Shown here: positions 20,397-32,628 of the stretch, one piece after another | How positions within the stretch are numbered: position 1 is the first letter of the stretch | Layout of the letters: each line of letters starts with the position of its first letter | Assembly (NCBI GenBank): GCA_950097015.1 | Contig: CATNEN010000039.1 | Location: 13,516,001 to 13,580,000, forward strand | Length of the DNA stretch: 64,000 nucleotides | Reading direction: 5' to 3' | Source of the DNA: Macrostomum hystrix | Taxonomy: Eukaryota; Animalia; Platyhelminthes | Program-made: the position numbers and the translations under genes | The notes under the pieces: model-generated | Database searches by the model: none | What the model was told of the DNA's origin: nothing | The model's input: only the letters and a program-made list of their open reading frames with translations

Positions 20397-23300
20397 TCAC
20401 CAGTACTTGTCATTGGCTAGAAGGTCATCAGATTCACCGACCTGCCAGGTGCCAATAAAACCCGGCCTAACCTGACGCCTGGCTGTTAGAAGGGCTGCCG
20501 ACTCAGGATTCGCGTAGGACAGCTGACGCAGCCGGACCTCCTGGCGACGCTTCACGCCTGCGGCTGCTTCGTTCGACTGGTCGTCGAGACAGTTTGACTG
20601 CATAGATGAAATTGTGGTGGAACACAGTGTGCTGATTGGCTGTGATTGACCTACTGCCCCAGTGTGCTGATTGGCTGTGCTTGACCTACTGCCCCAGTGT
20701 GCTGATTGGCTGTGCTTGACCTACTGCCCCAGTGTGCTGATTGGCTGTGCTTGACCTACTGCCCAGTGTGCTGATTGGCTGTGCTTGATCTACTGCCCCA
20801 GTGTGCTGATTGGTTGTGATTGACCTACTGCCCTAGTGTGCTGATTGGCTGTGCTTGACCTACTGCCCCAGTGTGCTGATTGGCTGTGATTGACCTACTG
20901 CCCCAGTGTGCTGATTGGCTGTGCTTGACCTACTGCCACAGTTGTACTGATTGGCTGCGCATTACCTCAGTGTTTGAATTGGCGATGTTGGGCACTCTCA
21001 CAGCAAGCAGGTCCTCCCATTCTTGCGCAACCAGCCGGTACAGCCTCAGGCAAGCGTCGGCATCCTCCACCGAGTCGTGCTCCCGCTGTTGAATTCTCAA
21101 ATCTAGCAGGGCCAGCGCTAGGCTGCGCAAACTGGCGGGCCATTTGCCCTGAAGTGGCAGCCCGGCTCGGGCCTGCCAGAGAGGAACCGGATTAAGGACA
21201 TCACAGAAGCTACGGATTAAGGACATAACAGAAGCTACGGATTAAGGACATCACTGAAACTACGGATTAAGGACATCACTGAAACTACGGATTAAGGACA
21301 TCACTGTAACTACGGATTAAGGACATCACTGTAACTACGGATTAAGGACATCACTGAAACTACGGATTAAGTACATCACTGAAACTACGGATTAAGGACA
21401 TCACTGAAACTACGGATTAAGGACATCACTGAAACTACGGATTAAGGACATCACTGAAACTACGGATTAAGGACATCACTGAAACTACGGATTAAGGACA
21501 TCACTGAAACTACGGATTAAGGACATCACTGAAACTACGGATTAAGGACATCACTGAAACTACGGATTAAGGACATCACTGAAGCCACGGATTAAGGACA
21601 TCACTGAAGCCACGGATTAAGGACATCACTGAAGCTACGGATTAAGGACATCACTGAAGCCACGGATTAAGGACATCACTGAAGCTACGGATTAAGGACA
21701 TCACTGAAGCCACGGATTAAGGACATCACTGAAGCCACGGATTAAGGACATCACTGAAGCTACGGATTACGGACATCACTGAAACTACGGATTAAGGACA
21801 TCACTGAAGCCACAAACCTGAAGCAGTGCGCAGCGACTGGTATCCCTAACCAGACCCTCCGGATGATGCAGCCGCAGCACTCGAAGGTCATTGTGCAACG
21901 CGTGGCCAACCAAAATGCGGCCTCGCACGGCCCGACGGACCATATCCTGCACCGCGTCAAATGGCAGGCCGCGACGGAGGTCGGCGGGACGAATGCCGCT
22001 CCAGCGAGTGCGGTAGTCCGTGACAGGCTCCTCTGGCAGGCACATCACATCCAGCAGCACCTGGGAAAAATAGTTCCCTTCGGTTAGAGGATGGCTATTG
22101 CAATTGGGGATCTGAGAGGATTGCTACTCAAATTGGGGATCTGAGAGGATGGCTACTCAAATAGGGGATCTGAGAGGATTGCTACTCAAATTGGGGATCT
22201 GAGAGGATGGCTACTCAAATAGGGGATCTGAGAGGATTGCTACTCAAATAGGGGATCTGAGAGGATTGCTACTCAAATTGGGGATCTGAGAGGATTGCTA
22301 CTCAAATAGGGGATCTGAGAGGATTGCTACTCAAATTGGGGATCTGAGAGGATGGCTACTCAAATAGGGGATCTGAGAGGATTGCTACTCAAATAGGGGA
22401 TCTGAGAGGATTGCTACTCAAATTGGGGATCTGAGAGGATTGCTACTCAAATAGGGGATCTGAGAGGATTGCTACTCAAATAGGGGATCTGAGAGGATTG
22501 CTACTCAAATTGGGGATCTGAGAGGATTGCTACTCAAATAGGGGATCTGAGAGGATTGCTACTCAAATTGGGGATCTGAGAGGATGGCTACTCAAATAGG
22601 GGATCTGAGAGGATTGCTACTCAAATAGGGGATCTGAGAGGATTGCTACTCAAATTGGGGATCTGAGAGGATTGCTACTCAAATAGGGGATCTGAGAGGA
22701 TTGCTACTCAAATTGGGGATCTGAGAGGATGGCTACTCAAATAGGGGATCTGAGAGGATTGCTACTCAAATAGGGGATCTGAGAGGATTGCTACTCAAAT
22801 TGGGGATCTGAGAGGATGGCTACTCAAATAGGGGATCTGAGAGGATTGCTACTCAAATAGGGGATCTGAGAGGATTGCTACTCAAATAGGGGATCTGAGA
22901 GGATTGCTACTCAAATAGGGGATCTGAGAGGATTGCTACTCAAATTGGGGATCTGAGAGGATGGCTACTCAAATAGGGGATCTGAGAGGATTGCTACTCA
23001 AATTGGGGATCTGAGAGGATTGCTACTCAAATAGGGGATCTGAGAGGATTGCTACTCAAATTGGGGATCTGAGAGGATGGCTACTCAAATAGGGGATCTG
23101 AGAGGATTGCTACTCAAATAGGGGATCTGAGAGGATTGCTACTCAAATTGGGGATCTGAGAGGATGGCTACTCAAATAAGGGATCTGAGAGGATTGATAC
23201 TCAAATAGGGGATCTGAGAGGTTTGCCACTCAAATAGGGGATCTGAGAGGTTGGCTACTCAAATAAGGGATCTGAGAGGTTGGCTACTCAAATAAGGGAT

Positions 23301-25061
23301 CTGAGAGGTTGGCTACTTAATTAAGGGATCTGAGAGAATGGCTACTCAAATTGGGGATCTGAGAGGTTCGCTACTTAAATAGGGGATCTGAGAGGTTCGC
23401 TACTCAAATAGGGGATCTGAGAGGATGCCTACCGAAATACGGGATTTGAGAGGTTGGCTACTGAAATAGGGGTTCTGTGAGGATTTCTACTCAAATAGGG
23501 GATCTGAGAGGATTGCTACTCAATTAAGGGATCTGAGAGGATGGCTACTCAAATAGGCGATCTGAGAGGATTGCTACTCAAATTGGGGATCTGAGAGGAT
23601 GGCTACTCAAATAGGGGATCTGAGAGGATTGCTACTCAAATAGGGGATCTGAGAGGATTGCTACTCAAATTGGGGATCTGAGAGGATGGCTACTCAAATA
23701 GGGGATCTGAGAGGATTGCTACTCAAATAGGGGAACTGAGAGGTTTGCCACTCAAATAGGGGATCTGAGAGGTTGGCTACTCAAATAAGGGATCTGAGAG
23801 GATTGATACTCAAATAGGGGATCTGAGAGGTTTGCCACTCAATTAGGGGATCTGAGAGGTTGGCTACTCAACTAGGGGATCTGAGAGGTTAGTTACTCAA
23901 ATAGGGGATCTGAGAGGATTGCTACTCAAATTGGGGATCTAAGAGGATGGCTACTCAAATAGGGGATCTGAGAGGATTGCTACTCAAATAGGGGATCTGA
24001 GAGGTTTGCCACTCAATTAGGGGATCTGAGAGGTTGGCTACTCAACTAGGGGATCTGAGAGGTTTGCCACTCAATTAGGGGATCTGAGAGGTTGGCTACT
24101 CAAATAGGGGATCTGAGAGGTTAGCTACTCAAATAGGGGATCTGAGAGGATTGCTACTCAAATTGGGGATCTAAGAGGATGGCTACTCAAATAGGGGATC
24201 TGAGAGGATTGCTACTCAAATAGGGGATCTGAGAGGATTGCTACTCAAATTGGGGATCTGAGAGGATGGCTACTCAAATAGGGGATCTGAGAGGATTGCT
24301 ACTCAAATAGGGGATCTGAGAGGTTTGCCACTCAAATAAGGGATCTGAGAGGTTGGCTACTTAAATAAGGGATCTAAGAGAATGGCTACTCAAATTGGGG
24401 ATCTGAGAGGTTCGCTACTTAAATAGGGGATCTGAGAGGTTCGCTACTCAAATAGGGGATCTGAGAGGATGCCTACTGAAATACGGGATTTGAGAGGTTG
24501 GCTACTCAAATAGGGGTTCTGTGAGGATTTCTACTCAAATAGGGGATCTGAGAGGATTGCTACTCAATTAAGGGATCTGAGAGGATTGCTACTCAAATAG
24601 GGGATCTGAGAGGATTGCTACTCAAATTGGGGATCTGAGAGGTTGGCTACTTAAATAAGGGATCTGAGAGGATTGCTACTCAAATTGGGGATTTGTGAGT
24701 ATAGCCACTCAAAATAGGGATTTTTTTAGAGTCATAACTAGGGTCTGAAAAGCTACTTAAACAACCAAAAAGTTAGCTACAAAAAAGAATAAAAATAAAA
24801 GCAACTGCTTACATCTCCTCGTTCGTTGAGCACACTGGCGCGGCCGAGGGCGCTGACGCAGCCTCTGGGACCCGTGCCAACAAATTCGCAGTCGATGGCC
24901 ACAACTTGTGTAATCAAACCTGATTCATCTAGGCGGACAATATTCGATCGACCAACTGGAGAAGCCGCAAACGAATGACCCGGATTTTGACATTGTCGCT
25001 TAGCAACTATAGAAGCGGAGTTGAGTCTTGCTTTTGCGGTTCGTTTGCACTGTGACGTCAT
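20397..25061 (-). CDS. DEDDh 3'-5' exonuclease, ISG20L2/AEN/REXO4-like, about 299 aa, 4 exons
   Basis: Exons 25061-24813, 22060-21818, 21172-20966 and 20597-20397 are all GT-AG and phase 0. Motifs [62 protein letters not shown]. The last exon is less certain. Confidence 0.88.
20625..20957. repeat. 35-bp minisatellite (CAGTGTGCTGATTGGCTGTGCTTGACCTACTGCCC) filling exonuclease intron 3
   Basis: Direct reading. Confidence 0.95.
21189..21813. repeat. 25-bp minisatellite (GGATTAAGGACATCACTGAAACTAC), about 25 copies, filling exonuclease intron 2
   Basis: Direct reading. Only about 4 nt of unique sequence at the donor end and about 16 nt at the acceptor end. Confidence 0.97.
22085..24720. repeat. 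29-bp minisatellite (GGGGATCTGAGAGGATTGCTACTCAAATA), about 90 copies, filling exonuclease intron 1
   Basis: Direct reading. Confidence 0.97.
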
Positions 25062-25384
25062 TATTGCAAGTTGTGTTAAACTGCTAATCTGCCCTAGTTT
25101 AATTGTACTTTACAATGGACTGGTAGTTCTGAAATTTAGGCGAATGTTTTGTCAGAAAACACTTTCTCTTTAATATTAGCATTTGCTACATTAATATTAC
25201 GACCAAAAGATTACACCTGCGCCAATTAGGTCAGAATTGCAGCCTGTTGAGCTTGAGAATACAGCTAGTTAGTTTATGGGCAAAGCCCATATTATTGCAT
25301 TGATTTAATGAAGAAACGAAAAGCTATCAAGTAAGAAAGCAATTTTAGTAGAACACGCTCGTTTAAAAGTGCATCACTTATATG

Positions 25385-25560
25385 ACTACTTAATTGATTA
25401 CACCAACTGATGCTGCTACCTATTTAATAGCTGGGTGAACTGAAGCAATACAGAGTTGGGTATCTTGCTAAAGGACACAAATTGTTTTATTGATGTCGGG
25501 AATCGAACCCCCGATCTTCAATTCGTGAGTCGGACGCCCTGACCTCTAGCTAGGCTACCT
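25385..25560 (-). mobile_element. tRNA-derived SINE, family A
   Basis: Minus strand has an A-box-like TAGCCTAGCTAGAGG and B-box GGTTCGATTCC, then TGTGTCCTTTAGCAAG...GCTTCAGTTCACCCAGC, resembling conserved SINE central domains. Related pieces at ~34280-34470 and ~46895-47087. Confidence 0.65.
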
Positions 25561-25736
25561 AAGAGGCATATATTTAATTAGTTAAACCAAATAAGAAGAC
25601 CACAGTTTTTGTGCGATGATAAAGTTACGAAAGTGCCACTAATTAGAAAGTATATTTCTACAATTTTATGCACGAAAATGCTTTGGTAAAAAAACTGCCG
25701 ATATGTATCGAAAAAAAACATTTTGTCACGGGTGAA

Positions 25737-27549
25737 TCAGTCGGCAAAGTTCTGGCCGAAAACGGCCGTGAGCCTGGCAGCTTTCTTCGGGCCCAGACCG
25801 GGGCAGCGTTCCAGTTCGGCGCTGCTAGCTCCAATCATCGCTTCGAAGGTGCCGAAGTTGGCGGCCAGGCAGGCAGCGTCAGACCGGCTGACGCCGCGAA
25901 TGCAGCCAAGGACGTCGCGAAGTTGGCCAGGCCAATCGTCGGCTGATCGTTCCATCAGCGAGTCGGCCGGCTTCTTCTCCAGAGATTTGAAGCTCTCCAA
26001 ATAGCGGCCCGCCTCGTCGTTGCTCCAGGCAAGGATTAGCGTAGAGCCGGCCATTAGGCAGATGCGGTTCAATTCACGCACAGCGTCTGTATACTCCTGC
26101 GTGTCTACTAACAGTAGAAGAATACGCAAGTCGAATTCGCGCGGTCCCAGCAGGCGCAGGCGTTGGTGCACATAGTCAGGATGGAGACAGTGATAGCGCA
26201 CGGATAGGAACAGGCAGCAGGCGGTGCGGCCGAGTATAAAATCGGCCGGGTCGGCCGACTCGGCGAATTCCCAGGGCACCGAGCGAATGGAGCGCAGTAC
26301 TGGATTGCCGCGCTGGCGATGACTGACTAGAATTCTCTGCTGCTGCAATTGCTGCTGCTCCTTCTGCTGCTGCTCCAGCTGCTGCAGCTGCTGAGCTGGC
26401 ACACGAATCACTCCAGGCTGTGGCTTAGGAACTGTGCTAGCCCCATCTAAGCAGCCCTTTACTGTGATTTGTTCCCAAACAAAGGAGAAAAAATATTACT
26501 TGACTTCCAACGAATTCGTAAACGTAACATATATTGAGGAGACGGACTCGAGATGGGGATCTAAGAGGATTGCTACCTACTCAATATGGGGATCTGAGAG
26601 GATGGCTTCTCAATATGGGGATCTGTGAGGACGGCTGCTCAAAATGAGGATCACAGATAATGGCTAGGCCTACTTTAAAAAATCTGAGAAGATGGCTAAT
26701 CAAAATGAGGATCAGAGAGAATGGCTACTCAAAATGAGGATCAAAGAGAATGGCTACTCAAAAAAATCGGAGAAGATGGCTACTCAAAATGGGGATCAGA
26801 GAGGATGGTAGTGGTAGCTCAAAATGGGGATCTGAGAGGATGGTAGTGGTAGCTCAAAATGGGGATCTGAGAGGATGGTAGTGGTAGCTCAAAATGGGGA
26901 TCTGAGAGGATGGTATTCGTAGCTCAAAATGGGGATCTGAGACGATTACTACTCAAATAGAATCTGAGAGGATGGCTACTCAAATAGGATCTGAGAGGAT
27001 GGCTACTCAAATAGGATCTGAGAGGATGGCTACTCAAATAGGATCTGAGAGGATGGCTACTCAAATAGGATCTGAGAGGATGGCTACTCAAATAGGATCT
27101 GAGAGGATGGCTACTCAAATGGGGATCGGAGAGGATGGCTACTCAAAATAAGGATCTTATTTTGGCTACTCAAAGGAGAGGATGGCTACTCAAGATATGG
27201 ATCTGAGAGCAGGATTACTCAAAACGATTATCTGAGACCGAGGGGATGGCTCACCTGTTTCTCTAGTCACAGTCAAAGCTGTTGGTTCTTTCTGAGCAGT
27301 GTCATCGGACCCAGTATCAGTTTTTGAGCTAGCAAGAGCAGCTGCAAAGATGGCACCAGGTGCAAACTCATCATCATCTTTGCTGACGTGCTTGCCAAAA
27401 TTTCTGCTGCCCAAATCAATATCTGTTTCATCAACAATGGCTATGTCTATGGGTACACGTGGTTGCTTAGCTGGCACAGCAGTGCTAGAAATTTCAGAAT
27501 TATCTTCTGAAGTCAAAGCTGTTGCTTGTCGCTTTGTGGGTGAAGCCAT
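25737..27549 (-). CDS. ERCC1: DNA excision repair protein ERCC1, about 339 aa, 2 exons
   Basis: Exon 1 is 27549-27255 (GTGAGC donor, phase 1) and exon 2 is 26461-25737. Central domain ILVSHRQRGNPVL..PWEF, DFILGRTACCLFLSVRYH.LHPDY, LILAWSNDEAGRYLESFK, and tandem HhH (CPGLGPKKA). Confidence 0.92.
26550..27240. repeat. 27-35-bp minisatellite (GGATCTGAGAGGATGGCTACTCAAATA) in the ERCC1 intron, same family as 22085-24720
   Basis: Direct reading. Confidence 0.92.
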
Positions 27550-30500
27550 GGTGTGCTGGTAAGCCTACGTGTCTGCAAGCAGTTAAGTGTTGATTAGTTG
27601 AGTCCTAAATTTAGAAAACATAGGACAACATAAGCTACAACAGATATGTCAACAACCCACTGTTTTATAATTGGGTCTATGACCTACTAGAAGCCAGTAA
27701 GGTGGAAGTTTGAAGTCAATTGGAAAACCTGAAGTATTTTTTGGAATAAAGTTCAAGAAACCTACCTAGGTCTTTACTTATGACTATAGCTATAGCTAAT
27801 AGTAATAAATAAAACTAATTACAGAACAGAAAGGCAGGCTGCAGGCTATGGCACACCATTTGGTGACATTAGACCTATAGGACCACAACCAGCAAGGCAA
27901 TTTTATTTAGTATTAAGCACATATATATGGATACTATATATGTTGTGAGCTGCATCTCACAATGACCTTGCCCCTGCGTCTCTAACCCTTCCACCCCGGC
28001 CACCTGCTCAAACCAGTTCTGGCCAGCCCCGGCTTAGGCCACCCTCCTTTTTTGTTGGTTGTCGTTCGCCCATTGGCTGCCCCATGCGCCATCCTCACTA
28101 GTCCAATCAGGCCTCTCGCCAAGGAGACTTCTGATTGGCTAGCTGGTCTCCTTCTCTCTCTCACTCTGCTCTCAGCCTTGTGTGTTTGCCCCCCCAGCCC
28201 TGCGTGGCTTAGCCCTACCCCGTCCAGCCCAATGCCCTTGCCCCCACCCCACGCTGTTATTTATTAGCGCGCGCTGCCCGTGGCCAGCCCTGCGCCTCCC
28301 GAGTACTATTGCGAGCGAAAGTAAGAGTAAACGATCAATAATAAACTACGCAGCCTGAACTACAATACTTGCCATGAGTGCCACGTTCAATCCCTCCCGG
28401 TAAGAAAAGCATTCACAAGTTATTTATTTGTCTGTGCTCAAACCTTGTTCCACTGCCCGACCTCTGCTAGTGTCAGAAGCTCATCATCATCCTTCTCCTC
28501 CAGAGTCTTCCCTCGAGTCTGCAAAGTGTTGGTACGCCTCCAGACCATCATCCACCTCTCTCTGGGGCTGTCAAGTGGCTACCCGCTCGCAGTCAAAGTC
28601 TTCAGTCCAGGCTTAGCGAGTGTCGGTATGCTCTAAGTCTACCCCATCTCTCCTCGGAGTGTCTGGACGCCTCAAGGGTCGCTGCTTCCCCTCCCTCGGC
28701 AAGCTTTGGGTGGTCCATACCCGAACCCCTACTACCGCATTGGCGAACTGCCGACCATACTGAGGAATTACAACATATATATATCAGATATACACTCATA
28801 TAGGTGAGTACATCTGCCCTAACTTTCTTATTGTCAAGTGCAGGCAGTTTACATTTATTTAAACTGTGCATTGTAATAAATTAGGCTACAGGACAAGTCC
28901 CCTATACTTATAGGGGACAAGTCCATTATATTTCCCCAAAAAAGGCGAATGAGGCCTTGAACTTAGGGACCTTAATATGAGAGGCAATTTCTGTCTAACA
29001 CAAACCATTTTGCTACTAGCCCCCAACAGCTAGGCAGGCCTAGACAAAAATTATAAACACTACTAAAATAGTTTTTATTTAGTTGATTGACATGAATACA
29101 ATATGTACCCCCCCTACACTGTCATACTGATAGGCCTAGTCATTACATATAATACAAAGTGTTACATTGAAACCTTTGTTAATTAAGATATGTTTCTAAT
29201 AACTTCCTGATTTAAAAGGTTGAGTTTTAAACTAAGCCTTACACAGCTCATCCTTTTTATTATGTCTAGTTGATTCTTTTAATTTAAATTTATATCTAGA
29301 ATGATTTTTTGATTGTTGATTGAATAAAATTATCAAAATAAATCGCCACAAGAAACAGCATAGAAGCAGAGGTTAGACAGGGTTTTAGTGTTCAAGATTA
29401 GGGTAGGAATTATTTTTTAGGAGTCAATAGTCAGGCTGATAGGAGTCAGGGCAAACATATATTGTATCATTTTATAGCATAGTTGGTTCCAGTATCTTCA
29501 TCTGCATTAGGCCTATACATTATACCGTGATAATGTATCTCATCTACCAACTGATGATTTGAATTACTTGTATACAAATGAAATTCATGAGCAAATAAAT
29601 AATTTGCACACAGTATTTGATTTCATGGCCATGAAAATGAGCCTCAAAAAGGATTCAAATATTGCGTAGATGAAGGGCCTAACTGCAGACTAAAGTGAGT
29701 GTCATACAAAAAAGCACCTGATCAATATGAACTTGTGGATTTTATATGCATTGATCAGTATGATCTTTTATTATGAGACTATTATAGTTATAGCTGTAGC
29801 ACTTAGTTTCAACTGTTCATATGGCCCATTTTTTGTTTTTTAATTATGCTTTGTAGTGGGCTATGTAGTGTTTCTTCTGATCTTGTGCACTAGTAAATGT
29901 TTTCAAATAAGGTTACATTCTCAAATTTTCGTCTCGGTCTGGGCTAATAACAAATAGCAACCTTTACAGTGAATTATCATCGGACGGCAACTGCTAGCTT
30001 TCGTGTATATGTAAAATTTAATTAGTTCACTCCGTCCTGAAATTCAACATTCAAAATTCACGATTATTCGTAGAATCACTTAGATAAACTAAAATAACAA
30101 GCCCTAAAGCAAAGTCAAAAGCTATCTTTCAAATAAAATTATCCATTCATTTTATTTTTAAAGATTTTAAAATACTCTAGTTACACCTTTTTGGCTGTTA
30201 GGAGTTATTTTTTAGTTGCCTGTGTGTTGCAGTGCTTTTTCAGTTTTCCCCTGGCTATAGCCTGTCCATATGGCTACGATGACAATTAAGGTTAAGGCAG
30301 AGTGGAATTCTGACGATACAAGTCCGAGGCTCCGGCTTGGGTACTGCATTTTAGTAACCAGACAACACAGATCAGAGACAATGTTGTTCCGGCCCTCCTG
30401 GTTCATAGCAGAAAGTATAGGCCAACAATTTTCAGAACAGATATGTGGTAAATTAAAGCTAACTGATATTTTGTGTATAATTTGCATCTGCCATTTCAAG

Positions 30501-30668
30501 CAAAAAAACTGTTACATCAATATCAATTAATCAACGAAAACTTGCGCTGTCTGCAATGCGAGACACTGAGACCGTCACAATAAGTTGATAGAATCGGGCA
30601 AATAAAATAGTAATCCTCTAAGTACAACTCTAAAATGCAAGGCTAACGCAACTCTTTCTTGGGACTTA

Positions 30669-31628
30669 TTCGAGGAGTGCTCTGAAAGTTTCCGGATACG
30701 CAACAATGAACCAAGTTAACAAAGTGAAACTAGTTACAACTTTTCAAAGTACACTCCAGCAACTTGCGTGCACCGATTCATCCTCTGAAACCAGTTGATG
30801 AAGCATTGGGACCATTCGCTTTGTCCTATGGTTGCCACGGCATCGTGGTACGCGTGAACAGCCTCCACACTGGATGAAAATCGACGCCCCTTCAGCTGAC
30901 TCTTAAATTTCGGGAACAAAAAAGTCGCAGGGGGGCAGGTCAGGTGAGTAGGCTGGGTTTGGTAGCAATTTTACCCCAGAATCTGTCAAGAAGTCAACAG
31001 TCAAAGCAGCCGTGTGTGCCGGGGCGTTGTCATAGTGCCACAGAAGACCACGGACTCCAGTTACAGGACGTCGTTCGGCCAATGCATTGAGGACTTTTGG
31101 TACACAGATGTTGGTGTACCAAATGTGCTGTCACCGTCTGCTGACTCTCGAGCACTACCGTGCCCACATAGCCCGAGCAGCTGAAGAATGCTGCAACCAT
31201 CTTCTTTCCTGAACTTTTGGATCGGATGGCCGTCTGAGGGGCATCCTCATCAGGAAAGCACCACTGATCTTTTGCACTCGAAGGTGCTGGTGCTCTCATT
31301 AAGTGCCCCCGATCCAATCTGCAGGCTTGCCTCGAGCTGGCGGTAGGTGATTCGAGGATCCTTCAGGATAAGCCGCTCTGCGTCATTAATGTTTTGCTGG
31401 GTAACTGCGGTTGCAGGCCTGCAACAACGGGACACATCTTGGAGGTACTGCCGACCGCATCTGAATTCCGCATGCGAGTCAAAAACTGCTGTCCGCGATA
31501 GTGCAGAGTCTTGAAAACAGCTTTGAAGCCGATTTAGTGATTCTTGGGATGATAAACCCATTTTGAAATCATAATGAGTCATGGTTCTAAAATACTCGCA
31601 AGAGAGTTCTTTCAGAGCATCCCTCGTA
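30669..31628 (-). mobile_element. Degenerate mariner transposon (frameshifted, internally deleted transposase)
   Basis: TIR-like T(T/A)CGAGG..TGCTCTGAAAG at both ends. Fragments FRTMTHYDFK.GLS, GKKMVAAFFS, DNAPAHT, P..SPDLPPCDFF/LFPKFKSQLKGRRF and WFQRMNRC..GVYFEKL are typical of mariner. Confidence 0.88.
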
Positions 31629-32443
31629 CACCAAACGGCATATCAAAAAGGAATAACAATTTCATTAGTTTTATGCTTGGAGCTGATCAAGCCTCTCTAG
31701 CTTGTGCTATAGGTGCCGTATACCTGTGAAGTTCACACGCAAACATCTGGAATGGGGTGAGAGTCCCGAGCGACAATCCCCAAGCCTCTCACACGCCACC
31801 GGAGGCCTTCAGTTGGATAAAATCCGTATTTAATCTCTTTTAGCTCCCACAATAGGTACCATCCAGAGTCTACCATGTATGGATATGTCAAAAGCGAAAG
31901 CTAACTTGACACTATAGGCGTGGACCTAGAGAACGCTGTTAAGAATCCACGGCAAATGTTATTAAACTGTGCATGGGTGACCCCAGCTAGCCTTATCTAC
32001 CTGAGCTATGTTTTGCTGTTTGCTTCGCCAAATAAAATAATAATGTGACCATGCATTTTTGCTTTCAATGTCAATTCAGCAATGAAGCCGACTATATAGC
32101 CCCTAAAACTCTGACAAAAAGAGAAAAGCAAAAGATAGGGTTTAAAGATCATATTGTGGGACAGTGGGACGAAGCACTATAATTATTTTCTTGAATAGAC
32201 ACGCTTCAGGCAATGGAGGCTGTCATTTGGCACTTTCAAAAATAAAAAAGCAGGGGTCGCGACGCTCTCACAGCCCTTAATTGGTCTTCGAAAGAAGCCA
32301 CGCATTTGGAAAACCGGAAAAACGTACCGATTTCAAGGCCATGTACGCTCGTATATACCAGACCGCTGAGTGCTGGTGGACCTCAAGCCATACTCTCAGC
32401 TTCTACAATCTGCTTCATCAAGCAACAGCAGCAGCAGCACAAA

Positions 32444-32628
32444 CATAAAGTGGCAGCTCGTTCTCGGACTCCTGCTCTGCGCATGCAGCTCTGGCAGTCG
32501 CCAGGCCCAGCCAGGAGATGTCGGAGGAGGCCGCGGAGACTCTGCGGGCCCTGGAGACCCTTTCGGATCTGGACGAGCCGGAGAAGGCCGAAGCCAAGGC
32601 CTTGGCGCTGGAGAGTTCTATGTGGTAG
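32444..32628 (+). pseudogene. Possible decayed secreted prepropeptide gene
   Basis: aacATAaag (ATG-like) precedes KWQLVLGLLLCA. After a 1-nt shift the frame reads AALAVARPSQEMSEEAAETLRALETLSDLDEPEKAEAKALALE with GC3-rich codons. TATA-like element at ~32351. Confidence 0.35.

Noticed and set aside
655-24720. Tandem arrays as CRISPR arrays
   Set aside because: Units are head-to-tail without unique spacers, there are no cas genes, and the context is eukaryotic.
25480-25560. tRNA gene (also 47990-48068)
   Set aside because: A and B boxes are present but there is no clean cloverleaf, and they are fused to repeated bodies, so they are SINE heads.
27941-28367. Possible solo LTR (TGTTGTG..., AATAAA, ...TACAATA)
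   Set aside because: No matching terminal CA or TSD could be established.
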